Notes under the pieces: generated by a model
Seen by the model: the letters and a program-made list of their open reading frames with translations, nothing else
What the model was told of the DNA's origin: nothing
The model's database searches: none
Assembly: GCA_964607485.1 (NCBI GenBank)
Contig: CAZSKP010000014.1
Location: 49,441-113,440 of the forward strand
Direction of reading: 5' to 3'
Source of the DNA: an uncultured bacterium
Lineage (GTDB): Bacteria; Abyssobacteria; SURF-5
DNA length: 64,000 bases
Part shown: positions 25,750 through 36,311 of the stretch, in pieces
How positions within the stretch are numbered: the first letter of the stretch is position 1
Layout of the letters: each line of letters opens with the position of its first letter
Program-made: the position numbers and the translations under genes

Positions 25750-28095
25750 CTATGAAAGTTCGGACTCGCTGAAGAACACTTTCGAATCGCCGATATCAGT
25801 AACGTCGCCAACTATCTGGAATGTGCCTTCCAGTCGTATGTCATCCGACGCCGCGCCTACCATGACCTCGACAGTTCCGGGCTCGACGACGTACTGCATA
25901 CCTGTGTCATGGAAGCCAAGCTGATTGACAAAGAGTGTGAAGGTCACCGTCCGATTCTCGCCGGGCTTCAGCGTAAGCCTTCTGAATCCCTTCAATTCTT
26001 TAACCGGCCGGGTGATATTCGATTCCGCGTCATGCACGTACAGTTGGACAACCTCGTCGCCATTGCGGTCGCCGACGTTCTTGACATCGACGCTTATCTC
26101 GACCCTTTCCCCGGCCTTAACCTCTCCGGAGCCGATTCGAAGGTTGCTGTACTCGAAGCTCGTATAACTCAATCCGTGACCGAACGCGAACAGCGGCGTG
26201 CAGCTTGTCGAGACATAGTCGCCGTAAATGACCGACCTCGCACCCGACGGCTTGTGATTGTAATAGAGAGGTATCTGCCCGACCGTCCGCGGAACGGTGA
26301 TCGGCAGCTTGCCGCCGGGATTGTAGTCGCCGAATAGCACGTCCGCCACCGCCTCGCCGCCCTCCTCGCCCGGCACCCATGCCTCGATAATTGCGGCGGC
26401 ATTCTCTGCAATCCATGAAATCGAAAGCGGCCTTCCGTTAATGAGAACGACAACCACGGGCCTGCCCGTTTCGCAAACCGCGCGAACCAATTCCTCCTGC
26501 ACGCCCGGAAGATTGAGGTCGGCGCGATCGCGGAACTCTCCGCTGGTGCAGTCCATCGCCAATCCGGATTTCTCGCCGACGACAACCACCGCGACATCCG
26601 CCTTGTTCGCAACCTCGACCGCCTCGGCGAAGCCCTCGGTCGAATCACCGTTGATTTCACAGCCCTTGGCGAAATGAACAACCGTCTCTGACGAGACTCG
26701 TCGCTTTATGGCTTCGAGAACGCTCGTCATCGATACCGTGATGGCTTCGCCCGTCAAATCGTCCGGCATGTTCCTGCCGCCTTGCAGCGCCATGGCGAGC
26801 GATGGCTGGGACGCGTGGGAATAGTCGCCGACCACGCTCCTGATGTTGTCGGCATTCGGACCGATGACGGCGATTGAAGGCACATCCTTCTTGAGAGGCA
26901 GCAGAGCGCCCGTGTTCTTCAGGAGCACGATCGATTTCTGCGCCAGTTCGCGTGCGAGCGCCCGCTGGTCGCCTGTCTCGAACACTGCCTCGATTTTATC
27001 GGTCGGCACATAGGGATTTTCGAACAGTCCCAGCTCGAGCTTCATCTTCAGGATTCGAGCGACAACCTTATCTATCAATTCCTCGGTGACCATGCCATCC
27101 TTTACAGCCTCGTGGAGCGGCCCGCCGTAGCAATCTGTGTGCGGAAGCTCGACGTCGATTCCGGCCTCGAGCGCCATCGCGGCGGCTTCGGCTTTGTCTT
27201 TAGCCACACGGTGATATTGTGCCAGGGTGGGTACCGTGTGATAGTCCGACACGACTATTCCGTTGAAGCCCCACTCGTTGCGAAGAATCTCCGTGAGCAG
27301 CTTCTTTGAGCAGCCGCATGGTATCCCGTCTAATTCGTGGTAGGCGTTCATCATCGAGGCGAGACCGGCCTCTTTCACCGCCGCCTCGAAGGGCATGAGG
27401 AATACATCGCGCAATTCCCTCGGCATAATCTTCGCGGGCGCCCAGTTGAGGCCGCCTTCCGGCACGCTGTATCCGACGAAATGTTTTCCCGTCGCAACAA
27501 TGCCATCCTTCAAGTTGGGCCCCTGCAACCCTTTCACGTATGAGACGCCCATCCGCGATATGAGGTACGGGTCCTCGCCAAAGGTCTCCTCGGTCCTGCC
27601 CCACCTGGGGTCGCGTGCGACATCGAGCACCGGCGAGAGTCCCTGGTGCGCGCCCGTGGCCTTCATTTGCTTTCTGATCACGGACGCCATCTGCTCGATG
27701 AGTTCCGGCGACCACGTGCCGGCAGCGCCTATTATTTGGGGGAAACACGTCGCCCCGGCGGCCATGTACCCGCTGCAGCATTCCTCGTGAACCATTGCCG
27801 GGATGCCCAGGCGAGTGTTTTCGGTTAAGTGCTTCTGGATCGAGTTCGTCAGCTCGGCGGCTTCAGTTGGTTGCAGATTGCTTGCCCCGGCGACACGAGT
27901 AAGTTGCCCGATGCCGTCTTTAATCCGCTCCTTTGTCATCTCCTCGGCGTACGCCATGTTTTCGTACAGCTCGACCGAGCCAAGCTGAGCGATTTTCTCA
28001 TCGAGCGTCATCCTCGCAAGAAGATCGGAGACCCGTCCTTCGACGGGAAAGGAGGCATCTTTGTAGACAGGCGTGCTGTCGGAAGTGTCACTCAT
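25750..28095 (-). CDS. GH3 beta-xylosidase/beta-glucosidase with Fn3-like C-terminus
   Basis: RDPRWGRTEETFGEDP, KHF, VVSDY, SIVLLKN, FGHGLSYT, EVVQLY; follows xylAB. Confidence 0.93.
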   Translation of the reverse strand: MSDTSDSTPVYKDASFPVEGRVSDLLARMTLDEKIAQLGSVELYENMAYAEEMTKERIKDGIGQLTRVAGASNLQPTEAAELTNSIQKHLTENTRLGIPAMVHEECCSGYMAAGATCFPQIIGAAGTWSPELIEQMASVIRKQMKATGAHQGLSPVLDVARDPRWGRTEETFGEDPYLISRMGVSYVKGLQGPNLKDGIVATGKHFVGYSVPEGGLNWAPAKIMPRELRDVFLMPFEAAVKEAGLASMMNAYHELDGIPCGCSKKLLTEILRNEWGFNGIVVSDYHTVPTLAQYHRVAKDKAEAAAMALEAGIDVELPHTDCYGGPLHEAVKDGMVTEELIDKVVARILKMKLELGLFENPYVPTDKIEAVFETGDQRALARELAQKSIVLLKNTGALLPLKKDVPSIAVIGPNADNIRSVVGDYSHASQPSLAMALQGGRNMPDDLTGEAITVSMTSVLEAIKRRVSSETVVHFAKGCEINGDSTEGFAEAVEVANKADVAVVVVGEKSGLAMDCTSGEFRDRADLNLPGVQEELVRAVCETGRPVVVVLINGRPLSISWIAENAAAIIEAWVPGEEGGEAVADVLFGDYNPGGKLPITVPRTVGQIPLYYNHKPSGARSVIYGDYVSTSCTPLFAFGHGLSYTSFEYSNLRIGSGEVKAGERVEISVDVKNVGDRNGDEVVQLYVHDAESNITRPVKELKGFRRLTLKPGENRTVTFTLFVNQLGFHDTGMQYVVEPGTVEVMVGAASDDIRLEGTFQIVGDVTDIGDSKVFFSESELS

Positions 28096-28172
28096 CGGAA
28101 TAATCTCCTCATCGTCCTTATTGATTGCTTAATAGACGGGGACAGTGTCAAACCTACGGGCGACTAGACTTG

Positions 28173-29705
28173 TTATTGCGTCGCATCAAGATTCGATAGC
28201 CGCCGGAAGTGTTCCTTGTTCGACGGATACAGCTCTCGGTAAATTGAATAAAGTCTTTTGTATAATTCGACGTTTTCGGATATCGGGATGGTTTCGGACG
28301 ACTTCCTGACGGTCGCCTTTGCAGCCTCTGCGCAACTTGAGAAAACACCCGCGCCCACACCCGCGAGCAGGGCCGCACCGAACGGGGCCGCGTCGGTCAC
28401 GCTCAGCGTGCACACCTTTTGTCCGAACACGTCGGCCTGTATCTGCCGCCACAAGGGACTCTTTGCGCCGCCGCCGGCGAGGACGATCTCCCCGACGTCC
28501 ACTCCGAGTTCCCGCACGAGCTCCAGACTGTCGCGCAGGCCGAATGCGACGCCTTCCATCACCGCGCGCACCATGTGAGCCTTCGTGTGCCGGAGGTTCA
28601 ATCCGACGAACATGCCCCGGGCGTCGGAGTCGGCATGCGGCGTCCTCTCGCCGCTGAGATAGGGCAAGAAGAGCAGTTCCCCGGCGCCGGGCGCCGCTGA
28701 GGAAGCCATGTCGGAGAGCAGGTCATATACGTCGATGCGGCCGGCTTGCGCGCGCTCGATTTCGACGCGGCAGAGATTATCCTTGAACCATTTGAGCGAA
28801 AGCCCGGCCGTGAGCATGACACCCATCAGGTACCACCTGTCCGGCACGGCGTGGTTCATGCAATGCAGCCGCATCCGCTCGTCCACGCGATGCTCCGAGA
28901 GCGCTGCGAGCACAACGCCCGACGACCCGATGCTCGACTGAAGCGTTCCCTCCTCGATGATTCCCGCGCCAACCGCAGCGCAGGCGTTGTCCGCGCCGCC
29001 GCCGACCACCGGCGTGCCTTCCCGGAGACCGGTCGCCTCGGCGGCCGCGCGAGTTATCCGGCCCGAGACCTCGTGCGAGCCGACGACACGCGGCATTATT
29101 TCGAGATCGATATCGAGCGCCGAGAGGATCTTCTCCGACCACTTGCGCTCGCCGACATTGAACAGAATGGTGCCCGCCGCGTCGGAGACGTCGGTCGCAA
29201 GCTCGCCCGTCAGTTTGTAGCGGATGTAGTCCTTCGCGATGAGCAGATGCCGAAGCTTGCCATAGTTCTCAGGCTCATTCTCGCGCAGCCATAGCACCTT
29301 CGGTGCGGTGAAGCCCTCGAGCGCCGGATTCGACGCCTCGTCGCGTAGCAGCTCAAATCCGACGCGCTCGTTTATCTCCTCGCACTGTTTAGTCGTCCGA
29401 ACATCGCACCACATGATTGCCGGGCGTATGACTCTACCGTTCTCATCGAGGAACACCGAGGTATGCATCTGTCCCGACAGCCCTACGGCCGCGATCTCGC
29501 CCGGCTCGACACCCTTCTCTATAGGCTGACGCGTCGCGACGCAGAAGGCGTCCCACCAATCGGCCGGATTCTGCTCGGCCCACTTCGCGCGCGGCGACGA
29601 GATCTCATAGCCCGAAAAACTCTCCGCCGCGATCGAGCCGTCCGGCCTGACAGCGAGCGCCTTCACCCCCGTCGTCCCGACGTCAACCCCGAGCATGATC
29701 GGCAT
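28173..29705 (-). CDS. xylB: Xylulokinase
   Basis: GVDVGTTGVK, SGQMH, FTAPK, PYLSGERTP, GGGAKS; directly downstream of xylA. Confidence 0.93.
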   Translation of the reverse strand: MPIMLGVDVGTTGVKALAVRPDGSIAAESFSGYEISSPRAKWAEQNPADWWDAFCVATRQPIEKGVEPGEIAAVGLSGQMHTSVFLDENGRVIRPAIMWCDVRTTKQCEEINERVGFELLRDEASNPALEGFTAPKVLWLRENEPENYGKLRHLLIAKDYIRYKLTGELATDVSDAAGTILFNVGERKWSEKILSALDIDLEIMPRVVGSHEVSGRITRAAAEATGLREGTPVVGGGADNACAAVGAGIIEEGTLQSSIGSSGVVLAALSEHRVDERMRLHCMNHAVPDRWYLMGVMLTAGLSLKWFKDNLCRVEIERAQAGRIDVYDLLSDMASSAAPGAGELLFLPYLSGERTPHADSDARGMFVGLNLRHTKAHMVRAVMEGVAFGLRDSLELVRELGVDVGEIVLAGGGAKSPLWRQIQADVFGQKVCTLSVTDAAPFGAALLAGVGAGVFSSCAEAAKATVRKSSETIPISENVELYKRLYSIYRELYPSNKEHFRRLSNLDATQ

Positions 29706-29741
29706 CTTAACTAATTTTCTCCGAAAGTTGTATTTGAACTG

Positions 29742-31064
29742 TCATGTTTTCCCAAAAATATATTTGTTCAGGATGTTTTCAAGGAGTTCTTGTCTGCCGC
29801 TTCTGGGCTCCGGCTCGCCCTTGCTGACAGCCCAATCCTCGAGTTCCGTCAGGGTGGTCTTGCGTTGGAGCGCTTTCTTGCCCATGCCGCGGGAATAGCC
29901 GGCGTAGCGGTCGCGCAGGGGCCGGCTGAGCGCGTTGTCTTCGACAAGCTTGTGCGCAACCTCCAGCGCTCTGGCAAAAGTATCCATCCCTCCAATGTGT
30001 GCGTGGAATAGATCAATCGTGTCGAAGGACCCTCTTCTGACCTTGGCGTCGAAATTCAATCCTCCAAATTTGAGCCCTCCCTGTTGAAGGATGATATACA
30101 TGGCCCACACCGCACCATAGATATCGGTAGGGAATTGATCGGTATCCCATCCAAGCGTCGGATCGCCGCGATTGATGTCCAAGCTGCCGAGCTTTTCCGC
30201 ACGTGACGCTACCATCAGTTCATGCTCGAACGAGTGGCCTGCAAGCGTTGCATGATTCGCCTCTATGTTCAGCATGAAGTGATCAATGAGGTCAAACTCT
30301 CTCAGAAAACCCAAACACGTCGAAGCATCGAAATCGTACTGGTGAGTCGAGGGTTCCTTGGGCTTGGGCTCGATAAAGAATTTCCCCTTGAACCCGGCTT
30401 TTTTGGCGTAATCGACAGCCATATGCAGCATGGCCGCAAGCTGTTCGAGTTCCTGGCCGATGTTTGTGTTAATCAGAGACACGTAGCCCTCGCGTCCGCC
30501 CCAGAAAACATATCCGGTCCCATCGAGTTCGACCGTCGCATCAATCGCTCGTCTGATCTGGCTTGCGGCATGAGCAAAGACGAGGGGATCGGGGTTGGTT
30601 GCGGCGCCGTGGGTATAGCGAGGATGGCTGAAGAGGTTGGCGGTCCCCCAAAGAAGTCTGACGCCTGTTTCGCGCTGAAGCTTTTTCGCCTTCTTCACCA
30701 TCTTCTGAAGGTTCCTGTTTGTTTCCTTTATCGTGTCGCCCTTGGGCGCGATGTCCCGATCATGGAAGCAATAGTGTTTCACTCCAAGCTTGGTGAAGAA
30801 CTCGAAGGCGGCTTCAAGGGTCTTTTCCGCAATATCCATCGGACTTGATCCCTCACGCCATCGCCGATCATAGGCCGGCCCGCCGAACGGGTCGGAGCCG
30901 GTACCCATAAAGGTATGCCAAAAGGCGACCGCGAATTTCAAGTGTTGCTCCATCGTCTTCCGACCGACCTTCTTCTTCGGATTGTAGTACTTGAATGACA
31001 GGGGATTCGCGGAATCGGGCCCTTCATATCTAATCTCTCTTACTTCGGGAAAGTAACCTGTCAT
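29742..31064 (-). CDS. xylA: Xylose isomerase (class II)
   Basis: FWHTF, FHDRD, LWGTANLF, WGGREGY, IEPKPKEP..HQYD, NIEANHA, WDTDQF, NFDAKVRR. Confidence 0.97.
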   Translation of the reverse strand: MTGYFPEVREIRYEGPDSANPLSFKYYNPKKKVGRKTMEQHLKFAVAFWHTFMGTGSDPFGGPAYDRRWREGSSPMDIAEKTLEAAFEFFTKLGVKHYCFHDRDIAPKGDTIKETNRNLQKMVKKAKKLQRETGVRLLWGTANLFSHPRYTHGAATNPDPLVFAHAASQIRRAIDATVELDGTGYVFWGGREGYVSLINTNIGQELEQLAAMLHMAVDYAKKAGFKGKFFIEPKPKEPSTHQYDFDASTCLGFLREFDLIDHFMLNIEANHATLAGHSFEHELMVASRAEKLGSLDINRGDPTLGWDTDQFPTDIYGAVWAMYIILQQGGLKFGGLNFDAKVRRGSFDTIDLFHAHIGGMDTFARALEVAHKLVEDNALSRPLRDRYAGYSRGMGKKALQRKTTLTELEDWAVSKGEPEPRSGRQELLENILNKYIFGKT

Positions 31065-31126
31065 GAACCGTTCCTTTCTCTATGTCTGGAATATGGAACA
31101 GCGAACACGAGCGGGTTCATTCGCAT

Positions 31127-32695
31127 TCATGGGATTATTTGGCGAAACTTGGCTTCAGAAACCAACGGAACAAGCCCAGCGAGGAACCCGTTGAATATGC
31201 TGACCCTAATCCACCAGGAGAGAAGCCAGTCGCCTGTCATCGTAAAGAGATAAGTAGCCGGAATCTCGCAGGCGGCCAGCAGCACAAACAAGGTCACTGA
31301 TCCGGCGACGAGAAACTGGCCCAATGGCGACCAGACGAAGAAAGACGCAACGGCGACGGAGGTCGCAGAGATAAGGCTCCCGGCGAGTCCCAGAGCAAGA
31401 CCCGTCTGCCAGTCGGTCGAACGTTGCACGCTCCTTCGCAGCAACTCGTCGCATGCAAAGTAAATCCCGCTGACCAGAAACGCCAGGCCGAACCAGAATA
31501 ATCGTCGGCCCGCAGGCAGTACACTCACCAGCCAACGATCGAAAAGAAACAGCATGAGCGTCGCTGCAAGGAGCGCCATTCGCGCTCCCCAAGGTCCCCG
31601 CGGTATCCCAATCCCAAATCCCGGCTTAATCATCACAAGAAGCAGGAGAGGGACAGCTGCAATCGCAAAAAGGACAAGGATTCTCCCATATGCCAAAAGC
31701 GGGATCTTTTGGACCGACGGGATTGAGTTACTGAAGATGGCGGCCATGCCCCAACCGGCTATGAATAGTAACAGCATTGCCCATGCAGGAATTCCTCGAC
31801 TGCCGCTTTCTTCAACCGTTCGCCAAAAGAACAGCCCTATGCCGGCCACCGCCATAGAGCCGCCCAGCAAGACTCCGATTGCCAATACCAGAAGTTGTGT
31901 CCAGTTCGTTACAAGTAATCGCTCGTTCGTGTTGCCGCTGATTTGGTTTATCCAGCGCAGGATTGTACGGTGGGAGGCCTTGTCGAGAATAATGCTGAAA
32001 TGGTTGGTCTCGGGCATGACCTGCGCCCTTCTTGCAGTTCCCTGTCCAATCTCGCCATATGTCTTGTTGAGTTCCGGACGCTTCACTCTTGTGCCGTTCG
32101 TGAGTGCAATGTGCGTCTGTCTCTTGACTGTTCCGAGATCGCGTTCCGCCACCAGAATTAGAACGTTCGAAGGTCGCTCTTTATCCAGTGCGGCTGAAAC
32201 CGTTGACAAGAGGACGACCCCATCAACGGACGGAGTCTCCCATGCCGTTTGCAAGGCGTAGCGCGTTCCCTCGCTATGGCCGATCAGGAAATGGCGCGAA
32301 TCGGGTCGGGCTTCAAGAAAAGGATGTGTGGCTTCCGATGATTCGATACCGTGAGATGTGTACGCCATCGTGACCTTGGAATTCGGCGAGCCGGAATTGG
32401 CCACAAGCCGGACAGCATAGCCGTCGCGAAGCAAGGAGAGAGCAAGAGGAAAATACGTTTGAATGCTCGAGCCGAATCCCGTGTAGATGACGACTCTTCC
32501 TAGCTCGGGTTCATCCGGTTGCAAATCGTAGCAGGCAATATCATAGTCAAGCTTGTCAGAAGGGACCGACTGCCATTTTCCTCCATAGCGGAGAAGATCC
32601 CAACTTCCCATCAGATGACAAGCCAGCGCCAATACCAGGCCTGCCGCAAACAGCGTCAACCCGAGCCTATGTCTTGTACGGGGATTATCCAACAT
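31127..32695 (-). CDS. Alpha/beta hydrolase fused to a multi-pass membrane domain
   Basis: GHSEG nucleophile elbow, N-terminal TM, hydrophobic C-terminal half. Confidence 0.75.
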   Translation of the reverse strand: MLDNPRTRHRLGLTLFAAGLVLALACHLMGSWDLLRYGGKWQSVPSDKLDYDIACYDLQPDEPELGRVVIYTGFGSSIQTYFPLALSLLRDGYAVRLVANSGSPNSKVTMAYTSHGIESSEATHPFLEARPDSRHFLIGHSEGTRYALQTAWETPSVDGVVLLSTVSAALDKERPSNVLILVAERDLGTVKRQTHIALTNGTRVKRPELNKTYGEIGQGTARRAQVMPETNHFSIILDKASHRTILRWINQISGNTNERLLVTNWTQLLVLAIGVLLGGSMAVAGIGLFFWRTVEESGSRGIPAWAMLLLFIAGWGMAAIFSNSIPSVQKIPLLAYGRILVLFAIAAVPLLLLVMIKPGFGIGIPRGPWGARMALLAATLMLFLFDRWLVSVLPAGRRLFWFGLAFLVSGIYFACDELLRRSVQRSTDWQTGLALGLAGSLISATSVAVASFFVWSPLGQFLVAGSVTLFVLLAACEIPATYLFTMTGDWLLSWWIRVSIFNGFLAGLVPLVSEAKFRQIIP

Positions 32696-32987
32696 GAGAA
32701 ACGAATTCGACCGTCCCGTTCCCTTGACGTGACGAGCACCGAAGGTTCACGGACAATCTTTGTTCCGTTGGACTGGGCCAACCTCACTGTTAATTCGAAA
32801 GGCTTTCCGTCCTCAATAGATTAGGGTTCAGCAAGAAATAAGTCAAGCTTCGGTGAGAAGGATGGGGTTCCCATGCGTACGCCCGCACCGAGACGTGGTC
32901 CGGGAAACGTGGGATAGAAAGGAGAAAGCGGAAGCTTCGCTCTTTCGGGACGGGTGAGAACTGAAGGCTTCCGTCCACGAAGTTCGT

Positions 32988-33509
32988 TTATCTGCTGAAA
33001 GCTTTCCGAATAATTGTCTCGACAACCGTTTCCAGGTCGATCTCACTAGGCAAATCTATCTCGATGTCGGCGTATTTTCTATAGAGAATCAATCGTTCGT
33101 CAAAAAGAGCCCTCAAGCCTTTCCTCTTGAGCCCGACGATTCCTCGTGTGTCCTTGTTTGCGAGCCTTCTCTCAATGCTTCTGAATGACATGTTCAGAAA
33201 AATGATCAGGGAATTTTCCGCCAACAATTTCATCGCTTTTTCAGAGTAAATTACGCTTCCGCCCGGGGAGATTATGCATTTATCCAGCTTCCCCATTTCC
33301 AATATGGCGTTCTCCTCGGTCTCCATGAATTTTTCGTCGCCAAAATCGTCCAGAATTTGTTGCAGCTTCAGCCCGAGGCGCTGCTCAATTATCTCGTCGG
33401 TATCTATGAACACGTATTCCAACCTCCTGGCCAATTCTCGGCCGAGCATGCTTTTCCCCACGCCGGGCATGCCAATCAGGGTCGCGTTCATTCTCTCTGT
33501 TCGGTCCAT
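32988..33509 (-). CDS. aroK: Shikimate kinase
   Basis: LIGMPGVGKS, DTD..IE, SPGGS, ER..LYRKYAD. Confidence 0.88.
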   Translation of the reverse strand: MDRTERMNATLIGMPGVGKSMLGRELARRLEYVFIDTDEIIEQRLGLKLQQILDDFGDEKFMETEENAILEMGKLDKCIISPGGSVIYSEKAMKLLAENSLIIFLNMSFRSIERRLANKDTRGIVGLKRKGLRALFDERLILYRKYADIEIDLPSEIDLETVVETIIRKAFSR

Positions 33510-33673
33510 TTCGCGCGATAATAAAATAGGCAGTGGTCACATGAATGGGCAGGCCCCGCACCTGCTCACGCTCGATGGCTGCGCGTTGGGGCCAACCTCG
33601 AGGTGTTGTCCGCACAAGAGCGTATCAGTGAGTTAGCCGGAAACCGCGCATTGTCGTGGGCTGCGACGGATGG

Positions 33674-34111
33674 TTACTGCAACACGAGGTCCGCCCGCCC
33701 GATATCTTGCAAATACTGGGGATAGGCGTCGTATAACGGCTTGATCGCTGGCAAGAGCTTCAGGATTTTGGGAATAGGACCCTTGGCTATGATCTTCTTC
33801 TTGGTAAGCGCGACCGGCAAGTTCACCTTTCCGTGCCAGAACTCGTGCGCCGTGTCGCCGCTGAGCGTGAACGTCGCGACGGGCTCGTTCGTGTTGTCGT
33901 TGACGAGAACGCCCATCGGGTTCGTTGTGGCATCGAGGGTGAGGCTCAGCTCGGGATCGCGCCATACAAACTTGAGAATGAGGTTGGCCTTGCTCATGGA
34001 TTCATAGGCGGGCTGCATGACGGGGTCGCCCTCCGCCGCGAGCTTCGAGACCTTCTTGAAGAAGCCTCCCATGATTTCCGCCATTTCGTCCGCGTCCTTG
34101 AAAACGGCCAT
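33674..34111 (-). CDS. SCP2 sterol/lipid-binding domain protein
   Basis: D.AH.FW.GKVNL..AL....I.AKGP..KILKL pattern. Confidence 0.82.
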   Translation of the reverse strand: MAVFKDADEMAEIMGGFFKKVSKLAAEGDPVMQPAYESMSKANLILKFVWRDPELSLTLDATTNPMGVLVNDNTNEPVATFTLSGDTAHEFWHGKVNLPVALTKKKIIAKGPIPKILKLLPAIKPLYDAYPQYLQDIGRADLVLQ

Positions 34112-34149
34112 TTCGTTGCCTCCTTTGTCATCCTGGATTCGAGTCGGTC

Positions 34150-34944
34150 CTACGCGCGGATCTTCTCACTTGCCACGCACGCCGCCCCCAGTGCGCCAAT
34201 TATCTGAGGGTCGATGCCGTCGGGGAAGCTCTTCAGGTCGAATTTCAGTTTCTTTTGCAGAGCGTCTAATACCCCTCGATTCTTTGCGACGCCGCCCGTG
34301 ACCGCGATGGCTTCCTTCAACCCGACCCTGCCAACCATAGTGCTCACACGATTTGCGAGCGAGATGTGCAGGCCTTTCACGATGCTCGGGAGCGGAACTT
34401 CTTCGTTTATGAGGTTTATCACTTCCGACTCGGCGAAGACGCTGCACATGCTGCTGATGGTCGTCGGGTCTCCCTCCTGGAAATGGAGCTCGGACAGCTC
34501 TTCCAGCTCGATGCCCATGCTGCGCGCCATCATTTCGAGGAAACGTCCCGTGCCCGCGGCGCACTTGTCGTTCATGGCGAAATCGAGCAGGTTGCCCTCG
34601 TCGTCGAGCCGTATCGCCTTGGTGTCCTGGCCTCCGATATCGATAATCGTGCGGACATCGTTCAGGAGCATGTAGGCGCCTTTCCCGTGGCAGGAGATTT
34701 CCGAGACGTTGACATGCGCGAAATCCACTTTTGCACGGCCGTATCCTGTGCCCACGATGTAGGCGACGTCCGCTTCGCCGCATCCGGCCCTTTTGAGCGC
34801 TTCGTGGAAAACCTCCCTGGCGGTCTTCGTGGGATTGGTGGTGCTCGGGCCGGTCACATAGCTCAGGATGTGGCCGTCGTTCAAGATCAGGGCCTTGCTC
34901 GCAGTGGAGCCGATGTCGACGCCCGCCGTTATTGTTGTTGACAT
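34150..34944 (-). CDS. 2-hydroxyacyl-CoA dehydratase activator (HgdC/BcrA-D type ASKHA ATPase)
   Basis: GVDIGST, TGYGR, EISCH, DIGGQD, MNDKCAAGTGRF, CSVFAESE, TGGVAKN. Confidence 0.95.
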   Translation of the reverse strand: MSTTITAGVDIGSTASKALILNDGHILSYVTGPSTTNPTKTAREVFHEALKRAGCGEADVAYIVGTGYGRAKVDFAHVNVSEISCHGKGAYMLLNDVRTIIDIGGQDTKAIRLDDEGNLLDFAMNDKCAAGTGRFLEMMARSMGIELEELSELHFQEGDPTTISSMCSVFAESEVINLINEEVPLPSIVKGLHISLANRVSTMVGRVGLKEAIAVTGGVAKNRGVLDALQKKLKFDLKSFPDGIDPQIIGALGAACVASEKIRA

Positions 34945-34970
34945 TTTCCCCTCTCCTCAAACAGCCGCAC

Positions 34971-36293
34971 TCACGCTCTCTCCTTTTTCATCTCCACTCT
35001 GGGGAGCACGATGTCGTTCACAAAGCGCGAGAATTCTTCCTGAATCGCCTCGACAGGAGTTACCCTCGGGTCGAACATGTCGTATTCGAACACGAGCAGC
35101 GGCACTCCTTCCTCGCGAGACGCTTCCTTGAACAGGCCGAGTCCGCCCCACGCATGTTTGCACGCGACATGGCCGGCGAAAATGCCGCAGTCGCCCTTGA
35201 ACTCGCGACACAACTGGAGGTAATCATCGACATACGCCTCGATGGGCCCTTTGAACTGACGCGACATGGGCATGAGCCTGATCAGCTTCCTGGCCAAACC
35301 CTCCAGCATTGCGTCGGGACTGGAGGTGTCGATGTACCCTTCCGGCGCGTAGTAGCCGAACAGGTCCATCGGAATGCACATCTTCAGTTCGAACTCGAGC
35401 CAGTCGTAAAACGACAGGTCGAACCAGATGGGGTCTTGATACCAGATTCCGCGGATGGCCTCGCCGCCTTCGACCGCCGATTCGCCCCTCTCGATTCTCT
35501 CCCTGCATTCAATCGCAAGCTCCTCGGCTACGTGGCATCCGGCCTCGGAACCCGACGCCACAATGACCAGCCCCGTCATGAGCGACGAAACCTTGCTGGC
35601 CTGCGGGCATGGGACATGTTTCCTGCCTTCGTTCCACTCCCACAGGTGCGTTGACATCCGGTTCGAGAGCTCGCACACCTCAGCCAGCTTGTCCCAGGAG
35701 AACTTGAGGCCCGTGTGTTCCTCGAGATAGGGAATCGCGTTGCGAAGCTGCTTGGCGACATACCTGATTTCCCGCTCGCCGTAAAGGTAGGGGATGTCAA
35801 TCAGGCGAAGCGGCTTGCCGGTCACATGCATGAGGGTCTGTGACGCCGCTATCTGCGAGTCGCACGGCGTGTTGGCGAAGAACAAGCATGTTGGGTCGGG
35901 CATCACTTTTTTCAGGGCGGCGCCGAGCGCACCCTTGTCGATTGAGCATACCTCGGGCGCCAGGCCGTGGGCCTCCGCCTTATCAATATTCTCGATGTTG
36001 AAATTCAAATCGCCCACGAGCGTGTTGAATCCGGTGACCATCTCGATGGGATAGCTTTGGACGGGCCCGTCGAGCGCACGAATGATTTCGGGGCTGATGC
36101 CGCAGTTGTGCCAGACCATCGGCACGTTGTCGTCCATCGCCTGGAAAACGTCTTCGATAAACTGCTTAAACGTCGAGAAATGCGCCCTCAGCCCTCTGGA
36201 TGCCGGGTCGGCTTCGTAGAGTGCGATCAGGCCTTCGACCCCTTCGTATATGGATTCCCATTCGTCCCAGCGATCTTTTCCCAGAATTGCCAT
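34971..36293 (-). CDS. 2-hydroxyacyl-CoA dehydratase subunit (HgdA/BcrB-like)
   Basis: EVCS, PCD, ACKH FeS cysteines; EYDMFDPR C-terminus. Confidence 0.87.
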   Translation of the reverse strand: MAILGKDRWDEWESIYEGVEGLIALYEADPASRGLRAHFSTFKQFIEDVFQAMDDNVPMVWHNCGISPEIIRALDGPVQSYPIEMVTGFNTLVGDLNFNIENIDKAEAHGLAPEVCSIDKGALGAALKKVMPDPTCLFFANTPCDSQIAASQTLMHVTGKPLRLIDIPYLYGEREIRYVAKQLRNAIPYLEEHTGLKFSWDKLAEVCELSNRMSTHLWEWNEGRKHVPCPQASKVSSLMTGLVIVASGSEAGCHVAEELAIECRERIERGESAVEGGEAIRGIWYQDPIWFDLSFYDWLEFELKMCIPMDLFGYYAPEGYIDTSSPDAMLEGLARKLIRLMPMSRQFKGPIEAYVDDYLQLCREFKGDCGIFAGHVACKHAWGGLGLFKEASREEGVPLLVFEYDMFDPRVTPVEAIQEEFSRFVNDIVLPRVEMKKERA

Positions 36294-36311
36294 GACCCGA
36301 TACCTCCCTTT